A DNA stretch of 64,000 nucleotides from Felis catus (lineage: Eukaryota), in NCBI RefSeq assembly GCF_018350175.1, contig NC_058373.1, positions 108,254,001 through 108,318,000 of the forward strand. The letters are read 5' to 3'. Under the pieces are notes generated by a model, which worked only from the letters and a program-made list of their open reading frames with translations, was not told the origin of the DNA and made no database searches. Position 1 is the stretch's first letter, and every line of letters begins with the position of its first letter. Of the stretch, positions 63,445 through 64,000 are shown piece by piece. The position numbers were made by a program, and so were the translations under genes.

Positions 63445-64000
63445 CAATAGCCAAATCTTCTTTATCCATTCATCTGTTGATGGAAATTTTGGCTCTTTTC
63501 ATAATTTGGCTATTGTTGATAGTGCTGCTATAAACATTGGGGTGCATGTGTCCCTTCGAAACAGCATACCTATATCCTCTGGATAAATACCTAGTAGTGC
63601 AATTGCTGGGTCATAGGGTAATTCTATTTTTAATTTTTTGAGGAACCTCCACACTGTTTTCCAGAGTGGCTTGACCAATTTTCATTCCTACCAGCAGTGC
63701 AAAAGAATTCCCCTTTCTCCACATCCTCGCCAACATCTGTTGTTGTCTGAGTTGTTAATGTGAGCCATTCTGACAGGTGTGAGGTGGTATCTCATTGTGG
63801 TTTTGATTTGTATTTACCTGATGATGAGTGATGTTGAGCAGTTTTTCATGTGTCTGTTAACCATCTGGATGTCTTCTTTGGAAAAGTGTCTATTCATGTC
63901 TTTTGCCCATTTCTTCACTGGATTTTTTTGTTTTTTGGATGTTGAGTTTGATAAGTTCTTTATAGATTTTGGATACTAATCCTTTATCTGATATGTCCTT
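63045..64000 (-). mobile_element. Carnivore/felid L1 3' portion (runs off the window)
   Basis: 3' UTR antisense to the same type as 61383-61664; ORF2 C-terminal antisense sequence. Confidence 0.93.
63399..63443. repeat. (AC)n microsatellite within L1
   Basis: Read directly. Confidence 0.97.

Larger units (their letters stand above)
16484..64000 (+). other. Probable first intron (continues beyond the window)
   Basis: Starts at GTAAGT; no convincing downstream coding exon; most long L1 copies are antisense to the gene, as typical in introns. Confidence 0.65.

Noticed and set aside
1..64000. CRISPR array, prokaryotic operon, endogenous viral coding gene or NUMT
   Set aside because: No regularly spaced repeat-spacer structure and no viral or mitochondrial-like sequence recognised; the window is ordinary mammalian nuclear DNA

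Overview
Mammalian genomic DNA from a felid, judged by about 30 carnivore tRNA-derived CanSINEs (several of a young felid-type subfamily) and carnivore-type L1s. It is mostly interspersed repeats: SINE, L1, L2, MIR, MaLR/ERV LTRs and DNA transposons. One CpG island (~16070-17050) holds the promoter and a 13-nt coding first exon (ATG GCG ACT GGC A|gtaagt) of a + strand gene. From recalled N-terminal sequence and exon structure I tentatively identify it as SYT16. The remaining ~47.5 kb looks like its first intron, with no further exon recognised. I found no evidence of a new gene system. The notable observations are the micro-exon, a retrotransposon target site used twice, an internally inverted L1 carrying captured filler DNA, an intact-ended Tigger-like element, and several inverted young SINE pairs. 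All repeat family names are by-eye recognitions, not database hits.
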